This document shows, piece after piece, positions 25,313-39,060 of a DNA stretch of 64,000 nt. The DNA is taken from positions 48,238,001-48,302,000 of the forward strand of contig CM052816.1 of the NCBI GenBank assembly GCA_028534125.1. Reading direction: 5' to 3'. Numbering within the stretch: the first letter of the stretch is position 1; each line of letters opens with the position of its first letter. The stretch is from Lama glama. Its lineage: Eukaryota. The translations under genes were made by a program, and so were the position numbers. The notes beneath the pieces are model-generated. The model was given only the letters and a program-made list of their open reading frames with translations, did not search any database and was not told where the DNA came from.

Positions 25313-28269
25313 TTAGTGAAAACTGTATTTAGTATATTTTGTAACAAATTTACTTAGGATTAAAAAAAATGCATATCAACTCAGTTTCACCACTTTGGAA
25401 AAGATAAAAATGAGATTTACATATGTACTCAAGGAAGACTGAGGAGGCAAAAGATGCACACATCTTCCAGAAGATTACAGAAACTAAACTGTATGGAAGG
25501 ATTAAAAGGAGAGAAATGCTAGGACAGCAAAACATTTGAGGTATTCTTTACTTTAATAGAATAAATTCAGCGGATTTCTAAAACCACGGAAACCAGTAAC
25601 GTGCTTTCAAAGAAATGTGTTTTGAAGTTCAAGAAAGTTTCGGCTATTTATAGTAGGTGTGCTGTCTTTATTTCAGACAACATACTAGTATTTCAATACA
25701 ACATTATTTTCTTTTTTCATGTTTGCAGAGAAACTGTAACAGACTTAAATGTTTATTTAAACAATTGTATCATCCTTAACTTATTATGTTGTTTTCTTGA
25801 GCTTTATCTTGTCTTCTGCTGTAGCCTATCCTGTCCAATTATGATTAATTGAAAATTTGGTTTCATGAGCTTCCAGTGTGCTGCCTGGCAAGGGAGGCCC
25901 CTTGTTTATACCTTAAATTCCTTAGTTTCATTTATGGAGGTTAGAAAAGTAAAGTGAAGTTGGAATGATGCAGTAACCAATTCTGAAACATGTTTTATAA
26001 TCAAGTTCCTAGAACTATCTCTTTACTTCAGCCAAGCTGGGATTCCAAAAAGTAAATTGACTGTCTCCCATATATACATTATTAGATGTTCTGAAAAAAG
26101 TGCTGAGTCATGTATCACAGAAAGAAGTAAGGGCAGACAAGACAAGATACGGGTGCTTCATGGCAAATGAGTAACACATGACATTGCTTCAGATTCTGAA
26201 CCTAAATCAGTAATAGTAGAATTACACATGCTTGCCATCATACGTCTGTTTTAAAAATCAAAACTGCTCTTCAGAATCTTATAAAATTGTTATAGTATAA
26301 TACAGTCTAGTACATAAATGTTGTACGAAGAAGACAGTTATAATTATCTACTGTGTATTACATTAGTATTATCTAGTTCTTTCCTTGCTAATTAACACAT
26401 TCTACTTTCCTTTATAATTACCAATATTTGGTTTTCAGACAAATTCTTGTTGATGATTGTTAAAATATTACTCAATAGGGAAAAATACTATATGCTAAAA
26501 AGGCAATAAATCTGAATAAAAATAGTATAAATAGTAGATATTTAAAACTTTTTAATTATCAGTGGACTTCTGACAAGCTAATTGTTGAACAATGGTACAC
26601 GAAAAGGCTACTTTATAAAATTCTTGATTTCCTAACATATATAAATCTTTTAAAGCCAATCAATTAATTTTACATTAATAAGTGGATAATTTTACAAAGA
26701 TATGGTTCTTCTTCTGTTTCCTTTTTGACATTTTTAACATAGTGCCTTGTGTAGAGTTGTAATGGGGCCCTAAAACAATATGAGAATCCTAGCCAAAGTA
26801 GCCAACACATTAGTCTAATTTGGGTCCACATCTCATATCTAAAGAAAAAGGTGCTTAAAAAAATTTTATAACAGTTCAGATGTGATAAGGTCTGGCAAGG
26901 AATACCGGGTTCTAAATGGATTAAAGCATGTTCCTGCAAAAGGAGCAACTCTGAAAGAGTTTAGTACTCCTTTAGGATTATGATATCCAAAATATATGAA
27001 AGTTAGATACACAGCTTTAAAGGAATCAAGTATCAGGAAGTAAACTGTAAATTACTCATGTCTGAATTCTCACCCCAGACTATATTTCAGGGAACATGAA
27101 CTAAGGCAGGCATCAAGGATATCTTAACTTTCTAATTAAGAGAGGTGGTGGTATTATTTGCACTTTGATAGCTGTATGGTACCCAACATTTTGGTTCCAA
27201 TCTGTTAGTCTCCACACTTTCCTTCAAGATGGACAGGGGCCTTTATAAGAGTCATAAAAAACCTGTTAACAGGTTTGCCATTGGGCTTCCCAGACTCCTT
27301 GTGTTTTTATTAAAGATGATTAAGAACTTTATTATCCACAAATGTAAACATTTAACATGTAAATTAAACATTCTCCCCTCATGTATCATTGGGCTTAAAA
27401 CTACATTATAATCTAAGCATTTCTCTTGTACCTAATGCAAGGTTTTCCTTATCATGAATCAACACAAGGTAGATAGCCTTGTCTAGTTTTAGTTTCCCAC
27501 TTTCTTTCAAAAAAATTCGTAAGGCAGATAATTGAGATTATTTTGTTTTTAACATACAAGATACAGTCTTTTATAAGCTTCTACATATAGAGAGTGAATT
27601 TATAGAGCTGATTTTCCTTGTATTTCCTTAAATTTTATGTATTTGGAAAATCCTTTTTCATAATGCTTCTTTTTCAGATTTAAGGGAAAAAAGGTGTTTA
27701 CAAACACATATGACTATGATTAGTGAAAAATTACCAAAAGCATATTTTTAGTTTTCATGACTGCAATGGTGTGTTGAGAGCAGGAATTTTCATACACTTA
27801 AGGTTTGCCTTGGCTGCAACTTGCATATGAAATTTTGTATTTATTACCTGTATGAAAGATTTGTAAAACCCTCTGTGGTTGCCTTTCACTAATGAGATAT
27901 TAACTTCCTTAAAACATTAAACATCAATAGAACTTGACTATTGTGTTATGCTCTAAGGGGATGAACCCACTTTTCTTTCTGAATTAAGGACCCAAGCAAC
28001 TAAAGCAAAGATGATTTCTCTATTTTCTTCAACTCCTAATTATCAGGAGCTTTATGCTATTTTAGTGCAAATATCCAATAAAATTGTATATTTTAAAGAC
28101 AATTTACATATTGCTCATCTAGAAGGCTGGATAGAATTTGATCAAATATTTAGTTAACTTGTTAGAATAAATAAAATTACATTAATTTTATATTCCATTA
28201 TTAACTCTAAAATGTCTTGGAAAAAGACATGTTTGTTTACTAGATAATCTTGTTTTCTCCTTTTTAGTT

Positions 28270-29590
28270 AGTGGTATTCACTAAGATGTTTAAATCATAA
28301 ATGTGGAAATCATCTTTTATTCTCCTTTCTTCCTCACCTTGATACATAAAACATGGTATCCATTGCTAATTACTAGTTATTCTACCTCCAAAATATATCT
28401 TGAATCTATATACCCTTTCTTTATCTCTACTGCTAGTACTATAGTTTGAACCATTATAATTGCTCATCTAAATTGTGAAAGCAGCTCCCTAAATAATTAG
28501 GTTCCTCTCTTGCTTTCTTTAGTACCACTTTTTCCTATGTAGCAGCTAAAGCATTATTTTATTAAAACTACATTGAGTAATTTTAGTTTCCTGATTGTAA
28601 GTTTTCAATGGCTACTCATACTACTTAGAGTAACTTGGAATCTCTACTATGGTAGGTTGAATTGTGCCTCCGAAAAGATATGTCCAAGCCCTAACTCCAT
28701 GAACCTATGACCTTGACCTTATTTGGAAATAGGTCTTTTTGCAGATGCAATTAAGCTAAAGATCTTCAAATGAGAGCCGTCCAGATTAAGGGTGGATCCT
28801 AAATCCAATGACTGGTATCATAATAAGAGATTTAGGGCATAGGGGGACAGAGAAGAAGGTGATCTGCTGAGAAAGGCAGAGATTGGAGTCAAGTCAAGGA
28901 ATGCCAAGGATCGCCAGCAGTCACCAGAGGGTGGGAGAGGAGAATGGAATGAATGCTTCCTTAGCACCTTTAGAGGGAGTGTGGCTCTGCAGACATCTTA
29001 GTTTCAAACTTCTCTAAGAAATGTCAGAGAATCAATTCTTGTTGTTTAGCCACCAAGTTTGTGGTAATTTATAACAGCAGCCCTAAGGAATTAATACACA
29101 CTTACTGGCAAGCAAACCTCAGTAAGATCTGGTTCTTAGTCTACCAATCCAAACTTCATCTCATGCCATTCTCCCCTCATTTAGTACACATTGGCTGTTT
29201 CTGTTCTTATAATACCACACAATCTTTGCACTGGCTGTTCTCCTTGCCAAGAAAGCTCTTTCCCCAGATCTTCCCATTCAGCCTCTCTCATGCTTCAGGT
29301 CACATTTATGTCATCTCTCAAGTGAGAATACCCTTATCAGTACTAACATTTGCTTATTATATTATCAACTATAATTATAACAGCATCTACTTTATGTCCT
29401 TATGGTAGTTTGCATTTTGTGATTTTTGTTACTTGTTTATTGTCTGTGCATTTCTTAGTCTATACATTAGTCTGTGAAATTCTTAAGAGTAGTTAATATG
29501 GATTTTCAAACATTATTCTATATCAAATGCATAACATAGTGACTACCATAAAATAATAAATGTATGCTGAATGAGTGAATGAATGAAAGA
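28270..29590 (+). mobile_element. L2 3' portion interrupted by an MLT1 LTR
   Basis: L2 motifs on both sides of 28648-29098 ('tctacctccaaaatatatcttgaatc'; 'ctttgcactggctgttc'); ends in a 'tgaatgagtgaatgaatgaa' tail. Confidence 0.75.
28648..29098 (+). mobile_element. MLT1C/D-like MaLR solo LTR
   Basis: 'tatggtaggttgaattgtgcctccgaaaagatatgtcc...ccttatttggaaatagg...gtggtaatttataacagcagccctaaggaattaataca'. Confidence 0.9.
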
Positions 29591-30822
29591 ATGATGTTGC
29601 TCAGTTATTGAGAAAAGGATTTAATATTCTTTCCTGACAAATGTACACTGTTTATTTTTGGACATAGTAACTAAAAATAAAAATTCACTTGAAACATCTT
29701 ATTAAGTTGACCAAATGACATTCATCATTGCCCTCATCTGCAGTTTGTTCCAGTTCTTAGTAAGTAACATAAACCTGGGAAAACTTGGACCCTATACATA
29801 TGTCTCTCAGAACTCATACCTCTTCTGCTCTCAGAATATTTCCAGTGTCTCACAGAATTATGCTACAAGGTCACATTTCAATAATAGGTGCTACAATTTT
29901 GCATAAATCAACCTGAAACCAACCATATTGGAAATCTTTAACTTGGAAAAAAAATGAGAACCTGGCTTTATCAATACTTCCACACTGATATTTGTCTTAG
30001 AAAATAATAATAAACCTCTTAGAAGAGTAATGCTTTATCACAATGAAAAATAAACCCATCCATCCCTTGGTAATAGAGAATCTTCCCTAGTTGTGCTAAA
30101 TTCACTTGAATTGCTCATTTAAAGTTACTTGCCAAGGTCTAAGCAAATAATTCTTTTCAGTATGTTAATATGTTACTTATTGTGAGAATAAAAGGTTCAA
30201 TAAATATGTCCTTAAGCATTCACAAAAGTAAAACAAAAGCCATGCTGAGGGAAAGAGTGTTAAGTTCAAAAATCTACATTTCTTGACATTTCCTTGGGTA
30301 TATAAAACCTCTTGTCTGATAGAGTTAAACTTATTTTAAAATATTGAGCTAAATGAATAAAAACAATGAGTGTTTAGAGACTCATGGGGTAAAACAAAAC
30401 AGGCAAAACTTTGATAATTAAAGGGCATGTAATTCATAATTTACACATTTTTATGTCAAATGCTGAAGGTCCTATAGATTTATTTAATATTTTAATCAGA
30501 TTGATTCTGTACCATTTCTGCAGATTTATGATCATAGAAGAATAAATTGTTCTGCCCTTTCTCCATGATCAGTGTATTCTCAGAACAATACCTTTACCTA
30601 TCACTTGAGACTAAAAAGAAGTAACACAGAACACAGTGTAGCACCAGCTCTCTAACTGAATTCCATTGTCTGTATAATGTTTTACTGTATTGCAGGATTC
30701 TTTGCACCATTCTCAAGTAACCCAAATAGCAATATGCTTCATTATTTTCTGATATGAGAACTATTGGTATTTATATTCCTTGATGTTTTGTGAACCATAT
30801 GCTAATATAAAAATTATTTGCT

Positions 30823-31338
30823 GTTGTAGCCAGTCTCTAAGATGGCCTGATGATCTTCACCTTCTGATATTCATGAGTTTATGTCACCCCTGCCTATGCT
30901 GTGTCAGCATTGGTGTATATGACCAATAGAATATGGCAGAAGGAATAGTATGTCCCTTCTGACATTATGGCTTCTCTCTCTTTCTCTCCTTTTTATCTCT
31001 TTGATCTTTTGCTATAGGAAGCTTCAGAATGAAGCCAGCTGCCATATGGGGAAGAAGTGTGCATAGTAAGGAATGGAGGTCTCCTACTAACAGCCAAGAA
31101 GGAACTATAGGTTGGAAATAGATTCTTCAGCACCAGTTGAACCTTCAGATGTCTGCAGCCCTTCCAATCCCTGTTCAACACTTGGACTTCAATTTCATGA
31201 CAGACCACAAGCTAAAGCCATTCAGCTCTAAGCCACTTTGAATTTCTTAACACAGAAATCCTAAGACAGTAAATGTTTGTTGTTTTAAAGCAATACATTT
31301 GGGGATAACTTCATATATAATAATAGATAATAAATACA
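30823..31338 (+). mobile_element. MLT1F-like MaLR solo LTR
   Basis: 'ctctaagatggcc', 'tgaccaatagaatatggcagaag', 'ccagttgaaccttcagatg.ctgcagcc' and the end 'aatagataataaataca'. Confidence 0.85.
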
Positions 31339-32334
31339 TATACCACAGGCATTTCTATCAGATTATGTTTGAAAACAAAATAATTGTAATCTGGGATAAG
31401 AAGCAATTGCAAAAAGTTTATGAGATAGTTGTACAGATAATGTTAAAAATTTATTAAAAAATGACCTAACCTCTATTAACTTAGTCCAATTAATTTGCCA
31501 GTCAAAACTGAATTAAATAAACTGGGTTTTATTATGTTAAAGAATCTAAATGTGATCATATATGGAAAACTATCAAGGACAATTTTATTAGGACTTAAGA
31601 GTTACAAATATTCCTAATTATGCATCATAATTTATAATATGTCAACTTTTGAATCAATAAATTAATCTTTAAAACAACATACCTATTAAAGTAAAGAGAG
31701 AGAATATTCCTTAAAGATATTGAAATTAATCTGTATTTCAGTTATTCTAAAATATTATATGAGACCTAATTACCTCTCTTTATAATTATCTAATAGCAAT
31801 ATTTTGTAAAATATGTATGGATAATCTCTAAAGCTAATATAATATAAAAACTACTAATAATCTGTATTTTTATTGTGTTATAGATGCTAAAATACTTTTT
31901 AATTTAGTTTGGTATGAGTAAAACTATGCTATAATATGTAAATTAAGTTAATAATTCTGTTTCTATATAAAAATATGAGTTAGGTGAGATGCTGTGTTTG
32001 TTGCTGGGTTATAATAAAAATATAGATGAATAAAACACAGTATTTGGGGGAAATTCTAGTAAATGGCAACAGATTCTACATAATTACTTATTTTAGTAGA
32101 TGTGAATGACATAAGAATCATTGCAATATTTTGTAGGAGAAAAGAATGGATGATGTGTCTTTCTCTATTGCTCACTCCATTCCAAAGCTGTATTGTTCAA
32201 TCAGAACAAAGAATGTTGTGGACACACAGAAAAATAAATACAATCAGACAGTTAGTTAAAAAGAAGCTGTAGGGTGTAAGCTAGAATTCATAGAAGTTTT
32301 CCAGTGTCCAGTATTTTCTCTCTCTATGCAATGC

Positions 32335-32720
32335 TGATCCATAGTCACCACAGGAAACTATTTTTCAGCCAAAAGTATGGCAGAAAAGAAATGGAATATT
32401 CAGGCTGGGTTATTGAGAAGGGTTAAGAGAAGTGCTATATCCAAAGGTGTTAGGATATAAAAACTCAAAGAAAAAGTGAGGTACTTGGGGTTGGTTCCTA
32501 GGTGTGAAGTGGTGAGCCCAGGGAGTAGTTAATTAATCCAGAAAGACTGGCTGTGAGTGTGAGAGGGTAGTGTATGCCTTGGTCAAAAATGCAAGAGCTA
32601 GACAGAAGTAAAGTGGCCCACAGATGTAGTTCATGAAGATCATATTCCCCAGGGCACAGAGAAGTGCAAAGAATGGAGACTGGATCTGGAGGGGATAACT
32701 AGATTTAAGCAGTACATCTA
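32335..32720 (-). mobile_element. Old ERVL LTR (LTR33-like) fragment
   Basis: 'ccccagggcacagagaagtgcaaagaatggagactggatctggagggga' resembles the antisense LTR33 5' part. Confidence 0.45.
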
Positions 32721-34451
32721 TAATCACCAGTGAAAAATTGTGATATTCAGTGAGCTTTCTATGACAGGAAATGATTCTATCCTTTTGAGAATGTTTACAA
32801 TCAACAGCAATGTTTCAAGTAAGAGAGGTTTTGTAGTTTTATTCTCAGTTGGTAAATCCAACTAAACTACTGCATTCCTTATTAATCATAATCCTTTTCA
32901 TGCCCCTCTTTTTTTTAGAGTTTTCTACTATATACACCAAGGGCAATTAAACACAACCCTTCACTGAATATGTTATTATTCTATTCTTTGTTAGTAATTG
33001 CAGTGGGTACTTTGTCATTAGGCAAAAATACAGGCAGTTAATGATCTAATTCTAACATTCTCATTCTAATTACTCAGTACTCTGGTCATGCCATCGATTA
33101 ACTCTGTTCCTCTGCTACCTATTCAATTAATAAAATTATACTGAATAAATATGCAAGATGTTATGAGTTGTGATGTTGTACATCTGCATGTTACTATCAA
33201 AGTATTTGAAACATTCCTAACTTTTAAAAAAATGTATAATTTTTTAAACTCAACCCTATTTAGTGGTCAACGTTTCAAGTATTTTAATTTCATTTTTCAT
33301 TTATGAGAAGTACAAAAATAATGGTATTTCAAATTGTTAGAAGTTAATTTTACTTTATATTACCACATTATTGATTACCTTAGTTTTCTTTTTTCCTTTT
33401 CTTCCATGAAGATGTCACTTACTTGAAGGTAAGGCCTGTTTTTGTTTGTTTACCTGTTCTGGATGTGCAAAACCTGAAACAGTGCCTGCCTTATACTAAA
33501 CCGTAATACATTTTTTTCAATGAAAACATGGATTACATTTTATGGTATTTCTCCTCTTTACTTAAAAGTTGAAAAACCTTAATTCTAACCATCATGTTGT
33601 AACAAAGACATGGTCTTTGATTAGCTACAGTGAAATTCAGGGTCAGATGGAGCCTAAAACTTAGATAACTATAAAGAGATACTTACTGTCTATTAACTCT
33701 CTATTAAAATATGAAAACAATCCCTTAAATCCATTTTTGTGTACAATATCTGTCAAACACATTAATGTCTATCTAGCAATATTTCATTAATAATGCTATT
33801 TTACTATATTTACCCCCTAAGAATTCTTGCATTGCTTTTCTCATGGAAATTAAAAAAAAGCTAAAGAACTATCTGAAGGAGATTGATATTCTTTGCATCA
33901 ATTGTTTAGGGAAGAATTTCTAAGGCACAAAACTGAAAATAAAGATATCAACTTTTGGCCTTTCAGAGGAAAGTACAGCTACTCTTCAGATTATAATTTC
34001 TTAGATACATACTTTTGAGGATTTACTTAAAAATTTAAATTTTCAGATAGTAAGGATTGAGATGGAAATTTCTACAACAGGCCAAGTCAGAGTTGAGAGA
34101 ACATCACACCTGATCCTGAGAAAGTTGTCTAATCTATGCTGCTTTCTCTGCTTTGTGGAGGTCAAAATGAAATTAAAGTCCTTTTTAAAAATTTATCCTT
34201 ACCTCGACTATGATAGGAAAGGATCCTCTAGACAAAATTGCTCATTTCTTTCTTAGAAGACAACATAACTGTAACAATTTTGAAAAGAAAGAAATCACCT
34301 AGGAAAAGAGAAATTTAGGAGAAATAATAGTGCTTTCAGTTTCATTTTCCTTGTTACTGATTTGGGAAGATAAGGGTTTGACTACATCAAGGAAGGCATG
34401 TTACTCTTGCATCCTGCTCCCTTGCTAAATTCTTTTATCAGCTCATAATTA

Positions 34452-36385
34452 CTTGTATTTCTTTACGCTAACAATGAAATATCAGAAAAAAAGAGTAAAG
34501 AAACAATCCCTTTTAAAATCGCATCCAAAACAATAAACTACTTAGGAATAAATCTACCCAAGGATGTGAAAGATTTATACATGGAGAACTGTAAAACATT
34601 GATTAAGGAAATTAAAGGTGACTTAACGAAATGGAAAGATATCCTGTGCTCTTGGATTGGAAGAATCAATATTGTTAAAATGGCCATACTGCCCTAGGCA
34701 ATGTACAGATTTAGTGCAATCCCTATCAAATTACCCAGGACATTTTTCATAGAACTAGAACAGATAATCTTAAAATTTATATGGAATCACAAAAGATCCA
34801 GAATTGCCAAAGTAATACTGAAGAAAAAGAACAAAGCTGGAGGAATAACTCTCCCAGACTTCAGACAATACTATAGAACTACAGTAATCAAAACAGCCTA
34901 CTATTGGCACAAAAACAGACATATGGCTTAATGGAACAGAATAGAAGCCAAGAAATAAACCTATTATCTATAATTAATTAATCTTCAACAAAGGAGTCAA
35001 GAATATACAATGGAGAAAATACAGTCTCTTCAGCAAGTTATGTTGAGAAAACTGGACACCACATGTAAATCAATGAAGTTAGAACACTTCCACACAACAT
35101 ACACAATAATAAACTCCAAATGGCTGAAAGACTTAAGCATGAGGCAAGATATGATAAACTTCTTAGAATAAAACATAGGCAACATAGGCAAACATTCTCT
35201 GACATAATCTTAGCAATATTCTCCTAGGGCAGTCTAACCAGGCAATAGAAATAAAAGCAAAAATAAACAAATGGGACCTAATTAAATTTATAACCTTTTG
35301 TATAGCAAAGGAAGCCATAAGCAAAACAAAATGACAACCTTCAGAATGCAAGAAAATATTTGCAAATGATGAGACTGACAAAGGTTTAATTTCTAGAATA
35401 TTGTATCAGCTCATATAACTTAATAACAGAAAAACAAACAATCCAATCCAAAAATGGGCAGAAGACCTAAACAAGCAATCCTCCAATGAAGACATACAAA
35501 TGGTCAATAGGCACGTGAAAAAATACTCAATATTGCTAATTATCAGTGAAATGCAAATCAAAACTACAATGAGGTATCACTTCACACCAGCCAGAAAGGC
35601 CATCATTCGAAAGTCCACAATAGGTAAGTGTTGGACAGGGTGTGGAGAAAAGGAAACCCTCCTTCATTGCTGGTGGGAATATAGTTTGGTGCAGCCATTA
35701 AGAAAACAGTATGGAGATTCTTCAAAAACTAAAAATAGATTTACTACATGATCCAGCAATCTTACTTTGGGCATATATCTGGAGGAACTCTAATTAGAAA
35801 AGATACATGCACCCCAATGTTCATAGCAGCACTATATACAATAGTCAAGACATGGAAGCAACCTAAATATCCATCAACAGATGACTGGATAGAGAAGTTG
35901 TGGTATATTTATGCAATGGAATAGTATTCAGTGATTAAAAACAATAAAATTATGCCATTTGCAGCAACGTGGATGGATCTGGAGATCGTCATTCTAAGTG
36001 AAGTAAGCCAGAAAGAGAAAAGAGAAAGAAAAATACCATATGTCATTCAGATGTGGAATCTGAAAAAAAAAAAAAAGAAGACACTAATGAACTTATCTAC
36101 AAAAGAAACAGACTTGCAGACATAGTAACCAATTTTATGATTACTGAGGGCAAGAAGGTGGGAAGGGACAAATGTGGGAGTTTGAGATTTGCAAGTGCTA
36201 ACCACTATATATAAAAATGGATTAAAAATTTCTACTGTATAGCACTGGGAACTATATTCAATATCTTACAATAACATTTAATGAAAAAGAATATGAAAAT
36301 GAATATGTATATATATATGTATGACTGGGACATTATACTGTACACTAAAAAGTGGCACATTGTGATTATACTTCAATTAAAAAAA
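34452..36385 (+). mobile_element. 5'-truncated lineage-specific L1 (ORF2 C-terminus, 3' UTR, short A tail)
   Basis: ORF pieces [12 protein letters not shown]...[42 protein letters not shown] and IMPFAATWMDLE are L1 ORF2p; 3' end 'atacttcaattaaaaaaa'. Confidence 0.97.
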
Positions 36386-36769
36386 TATGGTAAAATAAAA
36401 ATTGTGAGTTTAACCATAAATGGCATACAACAAATCTAACTCTATATCTAAGTGATTAAAGTATATTCCTATTAATTTGTTGTTGTTAGACATTTTGGTC
36501 CCACTCCATTACTTTTATATAATAAACAATGTTCTAACAATAATTTTATAGTGAAAAATTGTATTATGTATCCTTTTTTTTTTATTTTCAAATCTGAGGG
36601 AAAATGTTTACAAACATTACACTCTGTGATACATATTGCTTAATGTTTTCCAAAAGCTGCCTCCATCAGGGATTGAAAAGAATAATATTTGACAATATTT
36701 TGGTATTTTCACATAGAAGAAATGCTTAATTTCAATGTTTTATATTTTTAAGTGTAAAATAAATATATA

Positions 36770-37190
36770 TTTAAAAAATATTTGTAAAGACAGCACAGAG
36801 AAGTCCCATTGTTCTTCAATGTTTCCCTCAAAGGCTATAATTTACATAACTCTAGTATAACAGAATTAGCTACATGAGTAGTTTTTAAAGAAAATGCTAT
36901 ATTATTTTTCTAGAATAATTGTACCAGTTTACATTCCCATCATTAATGTTAGGGTGATTCAGTTTCTCTGCATCCTCATGCATTTGGTAGGTTGTGTTGA
37001 TATCTAATTTATAGTTTTTATTTGGAATTCCAAATAATGGCTAATGAGGTTTAATTATCTTTTCATGTGCTTATTTCTTATCTGTATATCCTCTTTGGTG
37101 AAATGTCTCTTCACACCTTTTGCCAATTTTCTAAATGGATTTTTTTATTACTGTGTTGTTTTGAAAGTTAATTATATATTCAAGTATGAG
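36770..37190 (-). mobile_element. Old L1 (L1MC/MD-like) antisense fragments
   Basis: 'tgtaccagtttacattcccatc', 'atcttttcatgtgcttatt' and 'tctttggtgaaatgtctcttca'. Confidence 0.75.
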
Positions 37191-39060
37191 TCAAAACTCT
37201 GATGAATAAAATTAAAAAACTAAATAAATGGAGATATAGTCAATGTTTATGCATAGACTCAACATTGTCAAAGATGTCAGTTGTCAATATTGTCAAGATG
37301 TCAGTTCTTCCCAATTTGATCTATAGATTTAAATGCAATCCCAATAAAAATTATAGCAAGTTATTTTATGGTTATTAGCTAACTAGTTCTAAAGTATATA
37401 TGGAGAGGCAAAAGACCCAGAATATTGAAGGATAAAAAACAAATTTGAACAATTACCAACCTCAAGACCTACCATAAAGTTACAGTAGAGTGTGGTATTG
37501 GTAAGAGAATAGATATGTAGATCAATGGAACAGAACAGAGTCCAGAAATAGATGACATAAATATAGTCCACTGATTTTTGACAAAGGACCAAAGGCAATA
37601 CAATGGAGGAAAAATTGTCTTTTCAACAAATGTTGCTGGAACAACTGGATATCCACGTGCAAAAAATTAATATAGACATAGTCATTAAATCCTACATAAA
37701 AATTAAAAATAAATAAAAAATCTAAATATAGAATGTGAAACTATAAAAATCCTTGAGGATAGAATAGGAAAAAACCTAAATGACCTTGGGTATGGCAAAT
37801 ACTTTTTATATACAACAGCAGAAGCATGATTCATGAAAGAAAGAACTGATAAGCTGGTCTTAATTAAATTTAAAAACTTCTGCTCTGTGAAAGACAAAGT
37901 CAAGAAAACAAGACTTGACAAACCTAATTGGGAGAAAATATTTACAAAAGATGCATAGAATAAAGGATTTATCCAAAATATACAAAGAACTCTTAAAACT
38001 CAGTCATAGGAAAATAAACAAACTGAGAAATGGGTGAAAGATCTTAACTGACATCTCACTAAAGAAGCTATACATAATAATAAGCATATGAAATGATAAG
38101 CATATGAAAGGATGTTCCACAAATATTTCAACAGGAAAATTCAAATTAAAACAATTATACCACTACACATCTTTCAGAATGGCCCAGATCTGGAACACTG
38201 ATGACACTAAATGCTGGTGAGCATTTGGTGAGGTTGTAAAACAACAGAAACTCTCATACATTACTCATAGGAATGCAAAATGCTATATCCACTTTGGAAG
38301 ACTAGTTGGCTGCTCCTCACAAAACAAATATACTCTTACCATATGACCTAGTAGCTGTGCTTCTTGATATTTACCCAAAGGAATTGAAAACTATGTCCAC
38401 ATAAAAATTTGCACACAGATGTTTATAGCAGTTTGATTCATAATTTCTGAAATTTGAAAGCAACCAAGAAGTCCTTCAGTAGAATGGATAAATAAACTGT
38501 GGTATATCCAAACAACAAAATATTATTCAGCAATGAAAATAAATGAGCTATCAGGTCATGAAAAGACACAAAGCAACCTTGAATGCATATTAGTAAGTGA
38601 AAGAAGCCAACCTGAGAGGCTACATATTGTATGATTCCAATGATATAACATTCTGGATAATGTAAAACTATGTAGGCAGTAAAATAATCAATGTTTGTCA
38701 GAGTCTGAAGAGAGGGGAAGAGGATGAGTAAGTGGAGCATAAAAATTCTTTAAGACAGTGAAAATAATCTGTATGATACCATTGTGATATATATATATAT
38801 GTCATACATTTGCCCAAAAGCACTGATTGTATACCACCACAAGTGAATCCTAACAAAAATTATGGACTTTGGATTATTATGATGTATCAATGTAGGCTCA
38901 CTAATTATAAAAAAAGTACCACTCTGGTAGGGGGTGTTGATAATGAAGAAGTATATACATGTGTGAGGGCACAAAGTGTATGGGAAGTCTCTGTACTTTT
39001 TTCTCAATTTTGTTGTGAACTTAAAACTGCTATCAAAAAGTGAAATTCTTTTAAAAAAAC
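37191..39060 (+). mobile_element. L1MC-like element, 3' ~1.9 kb
   Basis: ORF2 3' motifs ('gatctatagatttaaatgcaatccca', 'gatttttgacaaagg') and an L1MC-type 3' UTR ('tatggactttgg..tgatgtatcaatgtaggc..gtaccactctggt..tgtgaacttaaaactgct'). Confidence 0.92.

Noticed and set aside
36770..39060. Antisense plus sense L1 pieces as one twin-primed insertion
   Set aside because: The antisense piece covers L1 sequence also present in the sense piece and no TSD is visible; separate insertions are more likely.
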